NCBI GenBank assembly: GCA_965657355.1
Contig: CBFHOE010000006.1
Location: forward strand, 239,217 to 303,216
Reading direction: 5' to 3'
Length of the DNA stretch: 64,000 nucleotides
Source: Limisphaerales bacterium
GTDB taxonomy: Bacteria > Verrucomicrobiota > Verrucomicrobiia > Limisphaerales > JAJOIW01
Part shown: positions 29,859 through 40,109 of the stretch, one piece after another
Position numbering within the stretch: the stretch's first letter is position 1
Layout of the letters: each line of letters opens with the position of its first letter
Notes under the pieces: generated by a model
Databases searched by the model: none
Told to the model about the DNA's origin: nothing
What the model saw: only the letters and a program-made list of their open reading frames with translations
Translations under genes and position numbers: made by a program

Positions 29859-30743
29859 CTACTGTCTCAAGCTAGGAATATGACATAGGCAGTCCGCTTC
29901 GGTAGCATAATCTACAACAGTTTTGCCTGATGAGTCTTTTATTCTCAGGTAGTCTGGTCGGAGAATCTCTTCAGGTATTTGGTTGAGTTGGGCGCCACAT
30001 GCAGCACGGTGCAAACAATTTTGCCTAACGTCATTTTCTACCAGCAAATACATTTCCACCAAAAATTCTCCCGGGCATTGCCACAAAAATCCATGAAAAG
30101 CCGCTTTGTGGAGGAAAGTTTCACCGTCGTTGTCATCGACCAGCATCAGGTCGGGATCGTGGTATTCTTCGGGGATTTGATCTAGTGTGCCCCACCTCGC
30201 AGCCCAATGCACAAAAGTCTCCCCATTTTTATCGCTGGCAAACCAAATATCCGTCGTCCAGAACTCCTGAGGGATCTCATGAAGTTTTCCAGACTTGGCA
30301 CACTCGTGGAAAAAGGTTAGCCCATCACTGGATTGGTTCAAAAATGGATTGCCTACTTGGGATTTTATATCGAATGGGATATCCCGGGGACTAAAACCAC
30401 TTTTTTCTTCATCCGGATCCTCTTCAATATTTTCCACCAATGCGGTGAATTTCCCTTTCTCGTTGAACATCAACGATTTCGAATACCGATCAGGATCAGA
30501 ATTCTTTGGGTCATTTGTTAATGCATCGGTTAAGGGTTTGAGCTGGGTCAGGTCGACTTTTGAAAGGTGTTCAAGCCACTGCGAGGATTTCTCAGGCTCA
30601 ATAGCTAACTCGTATTCACCGTTTACAATTCGGCACTCCGCCTCAGTCATCCTATGAACCATCTCAGCCTTTTGCTGGGAACTCTCTAAATGACTAAGAA
30701 TGACTTGCTCAATTTGCTTTTCATCCAGTTTAATCCTGATCAC
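29859..30743 (-). CDS. Ankyrin-repeat-like protein
   Basis: About five 33-aa repeats of the type GETFxHxAAxxGxLxQIP in the C-terminal half. Confidence 0.75.
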   Translation of the reverse strand: MIRIKLDEKQIEQVILSHLESSQQKAEMVHRMTEAECRIVNGEYELAIEPEKSSQWLEHLSKVDLTQLKPLTDALTNDPKNSDPDRYSKSLMFNEKGKFTALVENIEEDPDEEKSGFSPRDIPFDIKSQVGNPFLNQSSDGLTFFHECAKSGKLHEIPQEFWTTDIWFASDKNGETFVHWAARWGTLDQIPEEYHDPDLMLVDDNDGETFLHKAAFHGFLWQCPGEFLVEMYLLVENDVRQNCLHRAACGAQLNQIPEEILRPDYLRIKDSSGKTVVDYATEADCLCHIPSLRQ

Positions 30744-31111
30744 GACTCTGGTGCTCCAATGAAAGATTCGGTTGATATACTAGATACTTAAGTTATTAGA
30801 ATACTCTTAGGCACATATTTTTGATAATCTATTGGTTCTAGCACCAAAAATGCTTTTTCGGGGATTATCGAGACTAAGGTTTTGAGATTTTGATGCTGCA
30901 AAAATCTGGAAGAAGCGAATTGACTCAGGGTTCATGATATCGTTTTGCCGCGTGTATTCGAGCATGTAAAAAATGGAAGTTTTAAATCGTGTTAAGGAAA
31001 AATTATAAGTTTTATAAGTTTAAAAAAATTAATAGTTCACCCATAATAGACTGTGTGATCAGTTTAAAGTATTGCCTAATTCGGGCGTGTGAAGTACTCA
31101 GCCTTTAGCAG

Positions 31112-31771
31112 ATGAAAACGGAAATTAATAATGGGGCGCTGCATCCCTTAATTTTAATAACACTTTTTGGAGTTTGTGGGTGTTACAACGTGAATTATGC
31201 AGTTAAGGAGAAATTCGGGATACACAAAAGAGATATCCTTATCTCAACGATTGAAAGCGCAAAAATAAAACAAAATAACGCCAGCGATCAATTTCAAAGC
31301 GCATTAGATAGTTTGATGCAAATTTATCAAATCAATGCAGGCGAACTAGAGCAGAAGTATGCCTTGTTTTATAAAGAGTTCGAGGAAAGCAAGTCAAAAG
31401 CCGGAGCCCTGAAAGATGGAATCAAGCGAGCTAATAGAGTCGCAAAAGATCTTTTCGCTGAATGGGAGCGTGAGATTACTGAAATACAAAGCACTTCACT
31501 CAGAACAAAAAGCCGATCCAAATTCCAAACAACCAGAGTGAGATTCGACAGTTTAATTTCTGCCTTTAGATTTTCAGAAGAAAAGATGGGTGAAGTTCTT
31601 GTTCAGTTGAAAGATCAAGTCCTTTATCTGAAACATAATCTAAATGCGAGTTCCATAAATAGCCTCGAGGGTGAAGTTAATGACTTGCAAAATGAGATGA
31701 TTGAATTGATTAAAAGAATCCGGTTGTCTATCAATGAGGCGGATTCTTTTATTGGCACACTGCCAGAATAG
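31112..31771 (+). CDS. DUF2959 family lipoprotein
   Basis: Lipobox VCGC, EKFGIHKRDIL, QFQSAL, LFAEWEREI, DQVLYLKHNLNA. Confidence 0.85.
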   Translation: MKTEINNGALHPLILITLFGVCGCYNVNYAVKEKFGIHKRDILISTIESAKIKQNNASDQFQSALDSLMQIYQINAGELEQKYALFYKEFEESKSKAGALKDGIKRANRVAKDLFAEWEREITEIQSTSLRTKSRSKFQTTRVRFDSLISAFRFSEEKMGEVLVQLKDQVLYLKHNLNASSINSLEGEVNDLQNEMIELIKRIRLSINEADSFIGTLPE

Positions 31772-31798
31772 GGATTATTTATACTGCCCAGCAAATTA

Positions 31799-32788
31799 AT
31801 GAAGCTTAATGAAATAGCCAAGATATTAGGTGGGGAACTTCGAGGAGATCCCGAAATTGAAATCAAGGAGATATTACCAGTAGACGAAGCAAAATCTGGA
31901 TCGCTCTGTTTCGTAGAGAAAGCTGCCTATTTAGAAAAATTAAAAGATTCAGGTGTGTCGGCTGTCTTGTTATCAAAAGAACTCTCCAGTCAATTTGATG
32001 GAAATAGCATTCTAGTCGAGGAACCAAGAAAAGGTCTTGCAACATTATTACCTCACTTTTCTAAAGAGCCGTCACCTTCGGCTGGGATACATCCATCTGC
32101 CGTTATTGAGGAAAGCGCGACTGTATCCGACTCAGCGTATGTCGGGCCTCATTGTTATGTTGGCCATGATTCAATTATTGGTGACCGCTCAATATTAATG
32201 GGAGGTGTTCACGTTTCGGCCAACTGTTCTATTGGTCAAAATACAAAAATCTTTCCAAACACGACTATCTATCATGGATGCCGACTAGGTAACCGAGTTC
32301 GCGTTCATGCCAATACGGTTATTGGGAGCGATGGCTTTGGTTATGTTATGCACAATGGTGAACATCAAAAAATTCATCAAATAGGAGGTGTTGAAATACA
32401 TGATGATGTGGAAATCGGAGCCGGTTGTACGATTGACAGGGGCGCATTAGGGACGACCAAGATAGGCCAGGGAACAAAGATAGATAACCTAGTTCAAATT
32501 GGTCACAACGTTGAGATTGGGCAGCACTCCATTCTCGTTGCCCAAGTTGGTGTTGCTGGCTCAACAAAAATGGGAAAATATGTCATAGTTGCTGGCCAAG
32601 CTGGTATTTCAGGGCACTTGAAAATAGGCGATCAGGTGACAATTGGCGGCAATTCAGGAGTTACAAAAGATTTACCATCGGGTTCCAAGGTAATGGGATA
32701 TCCAGCCTTTGATCATATAAAGTTCAAACGCGCATCCATTATTTTTCAGAAACTCCCCGAACTCTTTAAAAAGCTCAAACTAAAATAG
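31799..32788 (+). CDS. lpxD: UDP-3-O-acyl-glucosamine N-acyltransferase
   Basis: Hexapeptide repeats, IGSDGFGY, DDVEIGAGCTIDRG, KIDNLVQIGHN, GYPA. Confidence 0.96.
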   Translation: MKLNEIAKILGGELRGDPEIEIKEILPVDEAKSGSLCFVEKAAYLEKLKDSGVSAVLLSKELSSQFDGNSILVEEPRKGLATLLPHFSKEPSPSAGIHPSAVIEESATVSDSAYVGPHCYVGHDSIIGDRSILMGGVHVSANCSIGQNTKIFPNTTIYHGCRLGNRVRVHANTVIGSDGFGYVMHNGEHQKIHQIGGVEIHDDVEIGAGCTIDRGALGTTKIGQGTKIDNLVQIGHNVEIGQHSILVAQVGVAGSTKMGKYVIVAGQAGISGHLKIGDQVTIGGNSGVTKDLPSGSKVMGYPAFDHIKFKRASIIFQKLPELFKKLKLK

Positions 32789-32794
32789 TAGAGT

Positions 32795-35404
32795 CTACTT
32801 TTCACTAGATACAGTGGGTTCCAAGATTCCCAGAGTACCGTGGGACAGATTGGTCCAGATTCCGCTCGGAGATATATTAAGGCTTGCTCGTCTAATTCTG
32901 AAAACAGTCCCGTCAGGTAGTGGTTCTTCTGGAATGAAGGAATCCGAGGTTATGGGAATTGGTGTCAATGCCTCAAAATCTCCATGAAGCCCCCCCTTAG
33001 AAGCTTCAATATAAACCGGTTCATTTTCAACCTTATCCCAGCTTAAAATTGCAGAATCATTCTTCTTCTCTACGCTGAAGTTGGTAACGGGTGGTTTGTT
33101 TATTATTGAAAGCGTTGGGTCTCCCATTAATTGAATATACACTTTTGCACTATCTTTCCATGATGGATCACTTATCAAAGAATTAACATATTGTTGAACA
33201 CATTCACCTATCGGCATCCCGGTATTGAGTAAGTGAAGGTCCATGTAGGCATTCCTTCCCCATATGCTGGCAAGGCCTCCGTTATCGACAGTTAAGACTG
33301 AACGCAAAAAATTATTCTTGGTGTTCCAGTTGCCGAAATATGAGCCATCAAGTACGAGGAATCCCACTTTAAATAAGTCTTGATCCATTGCTATTTGTTC
33401 AGATTTTAACATGTGCGCAGGATTTCCATTGCCAATAGTATCGTAGTGACCCGCACCCAACTGAACCCCTAAAAGGTATTTGTCTTTGGTTTTAAAAAAA
33501 TTTAATTCATGGATATTTTGCATGTTATTACCTGTTATTGGGCCTCCTATCCGGGTCATGTTTAAATAATTTGCGTAGTTCAAGCCCTCATGAGGGAAAG
33601 ATGAAAAGCCCGCGACCTTGTCAGGAAATTGAAGATCACCTCTTTTGTATCGAGCTATTTTATCTAAATATTCTTTCAGTAATACGACCTCGGATCTACC
33701 GAAAGCAGTTAGATTTGAAAAATCGATCCTTCCGACAGGAACCTCTATTGCGGAGGGAAAGGTTTCTTGATCCATTACGCCATCGTTTGCTTTTTTGGGA
33801 TTACTTAATTTTCCTGAGTCGTCTTGTGAATCGGTCCACATCTCATCATCCACGAGGTCTCCATAGAAAAGATCAGATTCCCATGAGCGATGGAAGTGAC
33901 CATCTGGATTAAATCTCCCAGAATATGGAATAGGGACATGCCCGACTAGAAATATTGATGATAAACGATTATTTGGTTCGTCTGGATTGGTATACAGTGC
34001 TTTTAATTGATCCTTAACAGCTTTAATCTTTTTAAAATTATCTAATTGGTTTTTTTGATTATTTGAGTTTCTGGGAGCGGGTATGATTTTGACTTTCCAT
34101 CCGTCTGCGATCCAATGTTTTTGAAGATTATTTAAGTTGCTCTGTATTGAATTTAATATCGATTCATCAACAACAACAGCTAGCAAGCCTGAGGCTTCTT
34201 TAGAGCGCGTCCCCGTTGAAACCACTATGGACCGGGTGAGATATTTTTTGAAGTTGTCATTGTATTCTGCGAAAACTTTGTATTCATAGAGCTTGTTGGC
34301 TTCTATTCCATAATCAATGAGTGAAGCACTCTGAATATTTTTCTTGAGTAGTGTCCAAGTTGGCTCAGCAAGCCCTCGCTTCAATACCCTCAATGGTTTT
34401 CCCGGAATGTTAGGAAATTCTAATTTAACAAATCCATATTCCTGATTGTACGAAGCTGATATCAAGTTTGAGTATCTTGCCCTTACATTATTAATACCCA
34501 TGCCATAGTTGTAGATTTCCAATTCATCTATAGATCCCTTAGCCAATGTGGCTCCATATCGGTCTCCAATGATTTCAAGGCCATCTTTTTTTGATAACAA
34601 AGGGTCAGGTGTCAGTGGGTGTGATTGCTTGGTAGCTATTGCTGCCCTCTCACCATTAATGTAAAGAGAAGCATAATCTGGGCTCCATCTGAAATTTATC
34701 AAATACCATTGGTCTTTTTTCCAATCAATGGGGGATTCAAAAAGTTTTTTAAATCTTCCTTTGTAATGTGAGGCTAGAAAAAGGTGCTCTCCTTTCGAGT
34801 CAAAGGTCAATCCCCAGTAACCATAGGAGAAGTCAGCTTTCCATAAACCAACAGAAAAAAGTGGTGCAATTTGCCCAGGTCCAAATCCAGAATCCCAGTC
34901 TGGTCGAAAGTAGAAAAATGTAGATCCTGAGTGAGGGGCAAAATTTATTGATCCAGTAGGATTAGCGATAGGAATATTGAACCGGGCACCTTGAGTATCT
35001 TGGGACAAACTGAGTCCTGCACCAGCGAAGCCTCTTCTATGAAAAGCCCCAATTGATTTTCTTGGCTTTTGGTTTTTGTCCGAGGCGAATTCCGTATTAT
35101 CAAATGACCAAACCGAAAGTCTTTTCATCGAGCGGCTGTTCGGGTCATCTGGATTTGTCCCTTCGTTTTTTTCTCTAACATCAGGGATTCCATCGAAATC
35201 ATTGTCTTGGGTAATAAGTCTGATCCTCAGCTTTTCTTGCTGACTTTTAATGACGCTTTGCTGAGCCCAGATAGGTTCATCAATCGATATGATGAAAAAT
35301 ACCACAAACGCTCCAAGTGCATAAAGTTTTGCAAATTGAGAATATTTCGCTTTGCCTTTGAGTCTCATATAAGATTTAGACGTCCTTTCAGGAAATTCTA
35401 TCAA
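32795..35404 (-). CDS. Exported multidomain protein: Ca-binding repeat, LamG-like, FN3-like and peptidase C25 (gingipain)-like domains
   Basis: N-terminal TM, DNDFDGIPD..E...GTNP, GSIDELEIYN, YEYKV, IFLVGHVPIPY, SDLFYGDL, VPVGRI, LMGDPTL. Confidence 0.65.
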   Translation of the reverse strand: MIEFPERTSKSYMRLKGKAKYSQFAKLYALGAFVVFFIISIDEPIWAQQSVIKSQQEKLRIRLITQDNDFDGIPDVREKNEGTNPDDPNSRSMKRLSVWSFDNTEFASDKNQKPRKSIGAFHRRGFAGAGLSLSQDTQGARFNIPIANPTGSINFAPHSGSTFFYFRPDWDSGFGPGQIAPLFSVGLWKADFSYGYWGLTFDSKGEHLFLASHYKGRFKKLFESPIDWKKDQWYLINFRWSPDYASLYINGERAAIATKQSHPLTPDPLLSKKDGLEIIGDRYGATLAKGSIDELEIYNYGMGINNVRARYSNLISASYNQEYGFVKLEFPNIPGKPLRVLKRGLAEPTWTLLKKNIQSASLIDYGIEANKLYEYKVFAEYNDNFKKYLTRSIVVSTGTRSKEASGLLAVVVDESILNSIQSNLNNLQKHWIADGWKVKIIPAPRNSNNQKNQLDNFKKIKAVKDQLKALYTNPDEPNNRLSSIFLVGHVPIPYSGRFNPDGHFHRSWESDLFYGDLVDDEMWTDSQDDSGKLSNPKKANDGVMDQETFPSAIEVPVGRIDFSNLTAFGRSEVVLLKEYLDKIARYKRGDLQFPDKVAGFSSFPHEGLNYANYLNMTRIGGPITGNNMQNIHELNFFKTKDKYLLGVQLGAGHYDTIGNGNPAHMLKSEQIAMDQDLFKVGFLVLDGSYFGNWNTKNNFLRSVLTVDNGGLASIWGRNAYMDLHLLNTGMPIGECVQQYVNSLISDPSWKDSAKVYIQLMGDPTLSIINKPPVTNFSVEKKNDSAILSWDKVENEPVYIEASKGGLHGDFEALTPIPITSDSFIPEEPLPDGTVFRIRRASLNISPSGIWTNLSHGTLGILEPTVSSEK

Positions 35405-35451
35405 ATTAAAATAAACAAATCATCCTCTGAGTTTATTATTTGGAAGTTCAG

Positions 35452-35480
35452 TTGGCTGAGTATAGTTCGACATTTATGTT
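35452..35480 (+). promoter_or_regulatory. Putative sigma70 promoter, leaderless
   Basis: TTGGCT-N17-TATGTT-N6-ATG(35487). Confidence 0.4.
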
Positions 35481-35486
35481 AAAGGT

Positions 35487-36188
35487 ATGTTGAATTGTAT
35501 GAGTATGAATTTTTTGAGACTATTGATTTTAAAATTTCCTTTATGCCTATTGTTATTTCTGAGTGTTTTTCCATCAGTTTCTCAAGGCAATGAACCCATG
35601 TCGCTTCTTTTAGTTGAGGATTTTGAAAGTGGATTAGAAAAGTGGGAGCCAACCGATACCAAAGCTTGGAAAATTAATAAAGAGGAGGGGAATACTGTAA
35701 ATTCACTCTGGGTAAAAGTATCCGACTATAAGCCCCCCTACAGAAGTCCTCACAATATTTCGCTACTCAGAGAAATTCAGGTTTCTGATTTTGAATTAAC
35801 CCTTCGGTTGAGGAGCACTTCCAAGCCATATGGACATCAAAGTCTTTGCCTTTTTTTTGGATATCAGGGGCCGTCTAAGTTCTATTATGTTCATTTTGGC
35901 AAAAAAACCGATGCACACGCCAATCAGATCTTTATTGTCAATGACGCCCCAAGAACAAAAATTTCGTTAGAAACGAACGATGGGACGCCATGGGATAAGG
36001 AATGGCATACAGTTCGCATTCGTAGGAATGTCTCTTCAGGAGAAATCCTGATATTTTTCGACGATATGGATAAACCCGTAATGCGGGCTGTGGATAAAAA
36101 CTTTAAATTGGGTCAAATTGGGATCGGCTCATTCGATGATCCCGGAGATTTTGATGATATCGTACTTTGGGGAATTGAAGCCGATTGA
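35487..36188 (+). CDS. Secreted DUF1080/ConA-like fold protein
   Basis: Signal peptide, EDFESG, DFELTL, FYYVH, WHTVRI, GQIGIGSFDD..DFDDI. Confidence 0.6.
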   Translation: MLNCMSMNFLRLLILKFPLCLLLFLSVFPSVSQGNEPMSLLLVEDFESGLEKWEPTDTKAWKINKEEGNTVNSLWVKVSDYKPPYRSPHNISLLREIQVSDFELTLRLRSTSKPYGHQSLCLFFGYQGPSKFYYVHFGKKTDAHANQIFIVNDAPRTKISLETNDGTPWDKEWHTVRIRRNVSSGEILIFFDDMDKPVMRAVDKNFKLGQIGIGSFDDPGDFDDIVLWGIEAD

Positions 36189-36472
36189 TCTTATTATTTT
36201 TGTTTTCAGTTTAACTCAACTCTTGTATCACCCGCCTGAGTCATTGGGACCTTTCTCTCATCAAGATTTACCGATAGTTTCACGCTCCAATTGCCTAGGT
36301 TCAGAATCAGTTATCCATCACGCTGGCTTGAATACATTATGATACCTTCATACCCAATGAAAATAGGCTTACAATAAGTCAGGTATATCTCAAAATCGTT
36401 GGATTTCGATACCTTTTGTGTTCATTAGCTGGGTATATGCGTGGTGAAGAGTTGAGATTTGAGCATGGTTCC

Positions 36473-36502
36473 TTGACCAAGTTTCTTTCAATCCCATAAT
36501 AT
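36473..36502 (+). promoter_or_regulatory. Putative sigma70 promoter of the surA-like gene
   Basis: TTGACC-N16-CATAAT, or TTGACC-N18-TAATAT-N8-ATG(36511). Confidence 0.5.
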
Positions 36503-36510
36503 TACGATAT

Positions 36511-37530
36511 ATGAAGATCAGGTGGGCACTAAATGCACTCTTAATGACATTTTTTGGACTTGGCGGGTCGTTTGGGCAAGCTCCAATTCATCAACAGCCC
36601 GTAGTGACTGGCGTGGCCGCAATCGTTAATGATTATGTCATCACACGTGCTGACATTGAAAGACTTGCTTCTGCCCAATTCGAAGATCTAGCTTCTTCCC
36701 TAAGAAGTAGAAAAATAAGTGTTGCTGAATTTAACAAAAGCTACCAAAGCACTTTTAACGAGACGGTTGACCTCATTATCAATAGAAAATTGATTTTAAG
36801 CGAATTTGATAGACTAAAAGAAAATAGCAATGGGCAAATTGAGTTTCCGGAAAAGTTGGTAGACCAAAAAGTTAAGGAGGTCATCAATGACATCTATAAC
36901 GGAAGTCGACTGGACTTCATCAGGACACTCACTGAGCAAGGAATGACATTACAGGAATTCAAAAGAGGTATCAGAGAGGACCTTACTGTGGAGCTGATGA
37001 TAAATCAGCACGTCTCGAATGAACTGACAGTTTCCCCGCAGAAGATCTTGGATTACTACAACCAAAACCAGGAAAAGTATACTTCTAAGAATCAAATAAA
37101 AATTCGCCTTATCATGATTTTCAAACAAACTGCTGGATCCGCTGCTATTGTGTCCGAGGTCAAAAACAAGCTATTGGACGGAGCTTCTTTTCAGGAGATG
37201 GCAGAAGTTTATTCTCAAGGCCCTCGTAAAGAGAGCGGGGGGGATTATGGTTGGATTTCAGTCGATGACAACCTTCTGCAAAAAGAAATTAAAGATGTCG
37301 CATTTTCGTTACGAAAAGGAGAAGTCAGCGGCATTCTCGATAAACCTCAGGCGTTTTTCATTATCTATTGCGAAGATAAGAAGGAGCCCACTATCGCTCC
37401 TCTTCCAACAGTAAGAGCCAGCATCGAAAATATGCTTCTTGAAGAAGAAAGAAATAGATTGCGAGAACAGTGGGTCAATAAACTCATGAAAAGCGCTTAC
37501 GTTAAAAAACTACAAGCAACCGGTCAATGA
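36511..37530 (+). CDS. SurA/PpiC-type peptidyl-prolyl isomerase
   Basis: Signal peptide, VAAIVNDYVIT, parvulin domain (FQEMAEVYSQ...GGDYGW...AFSLRKGEVSG). Confidence 0.88.
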   Translation: MKIRWALNALLMTFFGLGGSFGQAPIHQQPVVTGVAAIVNDYVITRADIERLASAQFEDLASSLRSRKISVAEFNKSYQSTFNETVDLIINRKLILSEFDRLKENSNGQIEFPEKLVDQKVKEVINDIYNGSRLDFIRTLTEQGMTLQEFKRGIREDLTVELMINQHVSNELTVSPQKILDYYNQNQEKYTSKNQIKIRLIMIFKQTAGSAAIVSEVKNKLLDGASFQEMAEVYSQGPRKESGGDYGWISVDDNLLQKEIKDVAFSLRKGEVSGILDKPQAFFIIYCEDKKEPTIAPLPTVRASIENMLLEEERNRLREQWVNKLMKSAYVKKLQATGQ

Positions 37531-37539
37531 ATAGCCTAA

Positions 37540-39552
37540 TCATTTTAAACCGAATTTTCTGTCAAGTTCACTGAAAGAAAATTCTAATAATGTGGGCCGT
37601 CCGTCTGGTGCGGTGTATGGCATTTTGCAATACCTGAGATCCCGAACGATAAGATGAACTTCCGAGTCATCGATTTTTGAATTCTGAGAAACCGCCTGGA
37701 ATGCCATCTGTTTGGCTAAAGCTTCTGTTTCAAAATCCCACGAATGCTTTCCTGTGCCTCCTAGTCGGATTCTGTCTATTAACTCGACCGCAAATTTTCT
37801 AGCATCAGGTGTTTTTAGAACGGGTGGAAGGGCTTCTAGAACAAATGATTTTTCTCCGAATTCTCGAATCTCTATTCCCAAGTTGTTAAGATTCTCAAGG
37901 TTCTCTTTCAAAATCGAAGCGTCTTTTAGAGGAATTTCGAATGTCTCTGGCAATAGTAATCGTTGCGAATGAGTCGCATCTTTTGTAAGCGAAGCGAGTA
38001 ATCTCTCATATATGATACGTGATCTGGCAGCTCTTTGGTCCATTAAAACAAGACCTCTTTCTGACTCAAGAAGGATATAATGACTGCCAACCATTCCTAT
38101 AATTTTTAGAGGAACTTTTAGAGTCGCTTCTGCTCCTTCAAAATTTATTCCTGTGGTCTGGCTTATATTCTCGTTTTGGCAGCTTGATTTCGTTTTTTCT
38201 ATTTGTTGATTTTGAGTCTCCTTATCTGTTGGGCTAATTGATTCAGAATTTGTGGCGTTCGGATTTATGGGTTCTTTTTCAAATTCTGATTGTTCCTCGA
38301 GTTCAGTGGGTAAGAAGTTTTCTTGATAAGCTCTTTGGATTACGGATAAATCTGGCTTTGGGATTTCAGGTTTTTTTGACTGGTTGCCTTGAGTGGGTTC
38401 TGTGATTTCTGGATCTAAAATCTGTGGCTTTTCATCTTGCTTTAATGTCTCATCTGATTCTGTTGCAAACTCAAGCAATGCTTCACGTAATGCCTCACTC
38501 ACTACGGTTCTTACCGCTCGTTCTTTTTGAAACTTCACCTCTTTTTTAGCTGGATGAATATTGATATCAATTTCCGAAGGATCCATCTCTATGAATAAAC
38601 AACCGATAGGGTACCTTCCTTTTGGCATTGCTGTGTGGTAACCCTCCAAAATAGCTGTGTTGAGAATTTTATTTTCTACCGGCCTTTGATTTATGAAAAT
38701 ATGTTGGTCTGCTCTGGTAGATCGAGATACTCCAGGTTTGCCTATCAGGCCCCATACTACTAACCATGAATTTTTATTTGAATTCTCATCAGTTGCGGAG
38801 AATTCATTTGGATGTGATAACGGCATGGCACCTTCATAGTACACCTCGATAAGGTCGCGAGATGAATCACGAAATTGCCCCCACCTTTTTCGGAGAGAAG
38901 CAATTTTTTTTGGAATCGAATTGCCGGTTGGTATCTTAGGTAACCTATAAATAACTTTGTGATCTTGGATATATGTAAACGAAACCTCCGGGTGACTCAG
39001 TGCCACAAGAAGCACATATTCTTGAATATGTGCTTTCTCTGTTGCAATAGACTTTAAAAATTTTTTCCTAACAGGAACATTGAAGAATAATTGCCGAACC
39101 TCTATTGACGTGCCGACCGGGTGCCCCGCATCTTTTACCGAAGCAATTTTTCCTCCATCTACGATAATCTGAGTCCCTGTTTTTGTTGAAGATTGATTTT
39201 CGTCTGTGACACAGGTCGTCAATTGAAATAAACTGACGCTGGCAATTGATGGTATGGCTTCACCACGGAAACCGAATGATGAGAGCTCAATGAGGTCGGA
39301 GGCTAATGAAAGTTTACTAGTGGCGTGACGCTCAAGACTCATCAAAGCATCATCCTTATGCATCCCGCAACCGTTATCAGAGACTTTAATCAGATTTCTG
39401 CCGCCAGCTTGGATTTCAATTTCAATTTGGGTGGCTCCTGCGTCGAGTGAATTCTCGACCAATTCTTTAACCACACTTGCTGGACGCTCGACCACTTCTC
39501 CTGCAGCAATTTGGTTTGCAACTTTATCCGGTAATAATTGAACTTTTCCCAT
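37540..39552 (-). CDS. mutL: DNA mismatch repair protein MutL with degenerate endonuclease motifs; start at MGKVQ after a GGAG SD
   Basis: QIAAGEVVERPASVVKELVENSLDAGA, DNGCGM, HATSK, GFRGEA, DINIHPAKKEV. Confidence 0.96.
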   Translation of the reverse strand: MGKVQLLPDKVANQIAAGEVVERPASVVKELVENSLDAGATQIEIEIQAGGRNLIKVSDNGCGMHKDDALMSLERHATSKLSLASDLIELSSFGFRGEAIPSIASVSLFQLTTCVTDENQSSTKTGTQIIVDGGKIASVKDAGHPVGTSIEVRQLFFNVPVRKKFLKSIATEKAHIQEYVLLVALSHPEVSFTYIQDHKVIYRLPKIPTGNSIPKKIASLRKRWGQFRDSSRDLIEVYYEGAMPLSHPNEFSATDENSNKNSWLVVWGLIGKPGVSRSTRADQHIFINQRPVENKILNTAILEGYHTAMPKGRYPIGCLFIEMDPSEIDINIHPAKKEVKFQKERAVRTVVSEALREALLEFATESDETLKQDEKPQILDPEITEPTQGNQSKKPEIPKPDLSVIQRAYQENFLPTELEEQSEFEKEPINPNATNSESISPTDKETQNQQIEKTKSSCQNENISQTTGINFEGAEATLKVPLKIIGMVGSHYILLESERGLVLMDQRAARSRIIYERLLASLTKDATHSQRLLLPETFEIPLKDASILKENLENLNNLGIEIREFGEKSFVLEALPPVLKTPDARKFAVELIDRIRLGGTGKHSWDFETEALAKQMAFQAVSQNSKIDDSEVHLIVRDLRYCKMPYTAPDGRPTLLEFSFSELDRKFGLK

Positions 39553-39727
39553 ATCAGTTCTCCGCATTCATGTTTGAATGGTTCAATATAATAAACACAA
39601 TATGATTATCTTTACCAATTTCAGAGGCCTTCTTCACTACAGATGCTCAGATTTTTAAAAAATTTGCAAATTGAATCATTAGGTCTTGACTAAACACCAC
39701 CTTCTAATGAGAGTATTTGGCCCGAAC

Positions 39728-39803
39728 GGTGGCTGTAGCACAATGGTAGTGCGCTAGATTGTGGTTCTGGTTGTTGCGGGTTCGAGTCCCGTCAGTCACC
39801 CCA
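39728..39803 (+). tRNA. tRNA-His (GTG)
   Basis: Cloverleaf: G-1, acceptor GTGGCTG/CAGTCAC, D arm GCAC/GTGC, anticodon arm CTAGA-TTGTGGT-TCTGG, T arm GCGGG-TTCGAGT-CCCGT, C73, encoded CCA. Confidence 0.97.
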
Positions 39804-39892
39804 TTTTCCCATTCCCATTTCTTTTATTATCTATTCAAAGCCGCTGCAATCATTTCGTATTTTTCCCTGCCTGTTGCCGAATCTCCTCCGGT

Positions 39893-40063
39893 TTAAACAT
39901 TTTCTTGGCTTCGTTGGGTAATGGAATGTGCCCTTCTTGAATCTCCACGGCATTTACGCGAACAGTATTTGACGTTCTCCCAATCTTTCTCCCACTTTTT
40001 TCTCCATGAGAATGGGCGGTTACAGATGGGGCACAGTTTTTTGGGTAAATTTTCTTTTCTCAT
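39893..40063 (-). CDS. DUF2256 small Cys4 protein; start reassigned to MRKENLP
   Basis: LPKKLCPICNRPFSWRKKWEKDWENVKYCSRKCR signature. Confidence 0.9.
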   Translation of the reverse strand: MRKENLPKKLCPICNRPFSWRKKWEKDWENVKYCSRKCRGDSRRAHSITQRSQENV

Positions 40064-40109
40064 CAAATGAATCGGAAGTTTTAACTCCAACCTAAAAAAT
40101 AATTTCAAA

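Noticed and set aside
31003..31021. TTATAAGTT tandem duplication upstream of DUF2959
   Set aside because: Low-complexity AT-rich sequence, likely chance.
39686..39714. Sigma70 promoter for tRNA-His
   Set aside because: TTGACT is a good -35, but the -10 at 17-nt spacing (GAGAGT) is poor; not listed as a feature.
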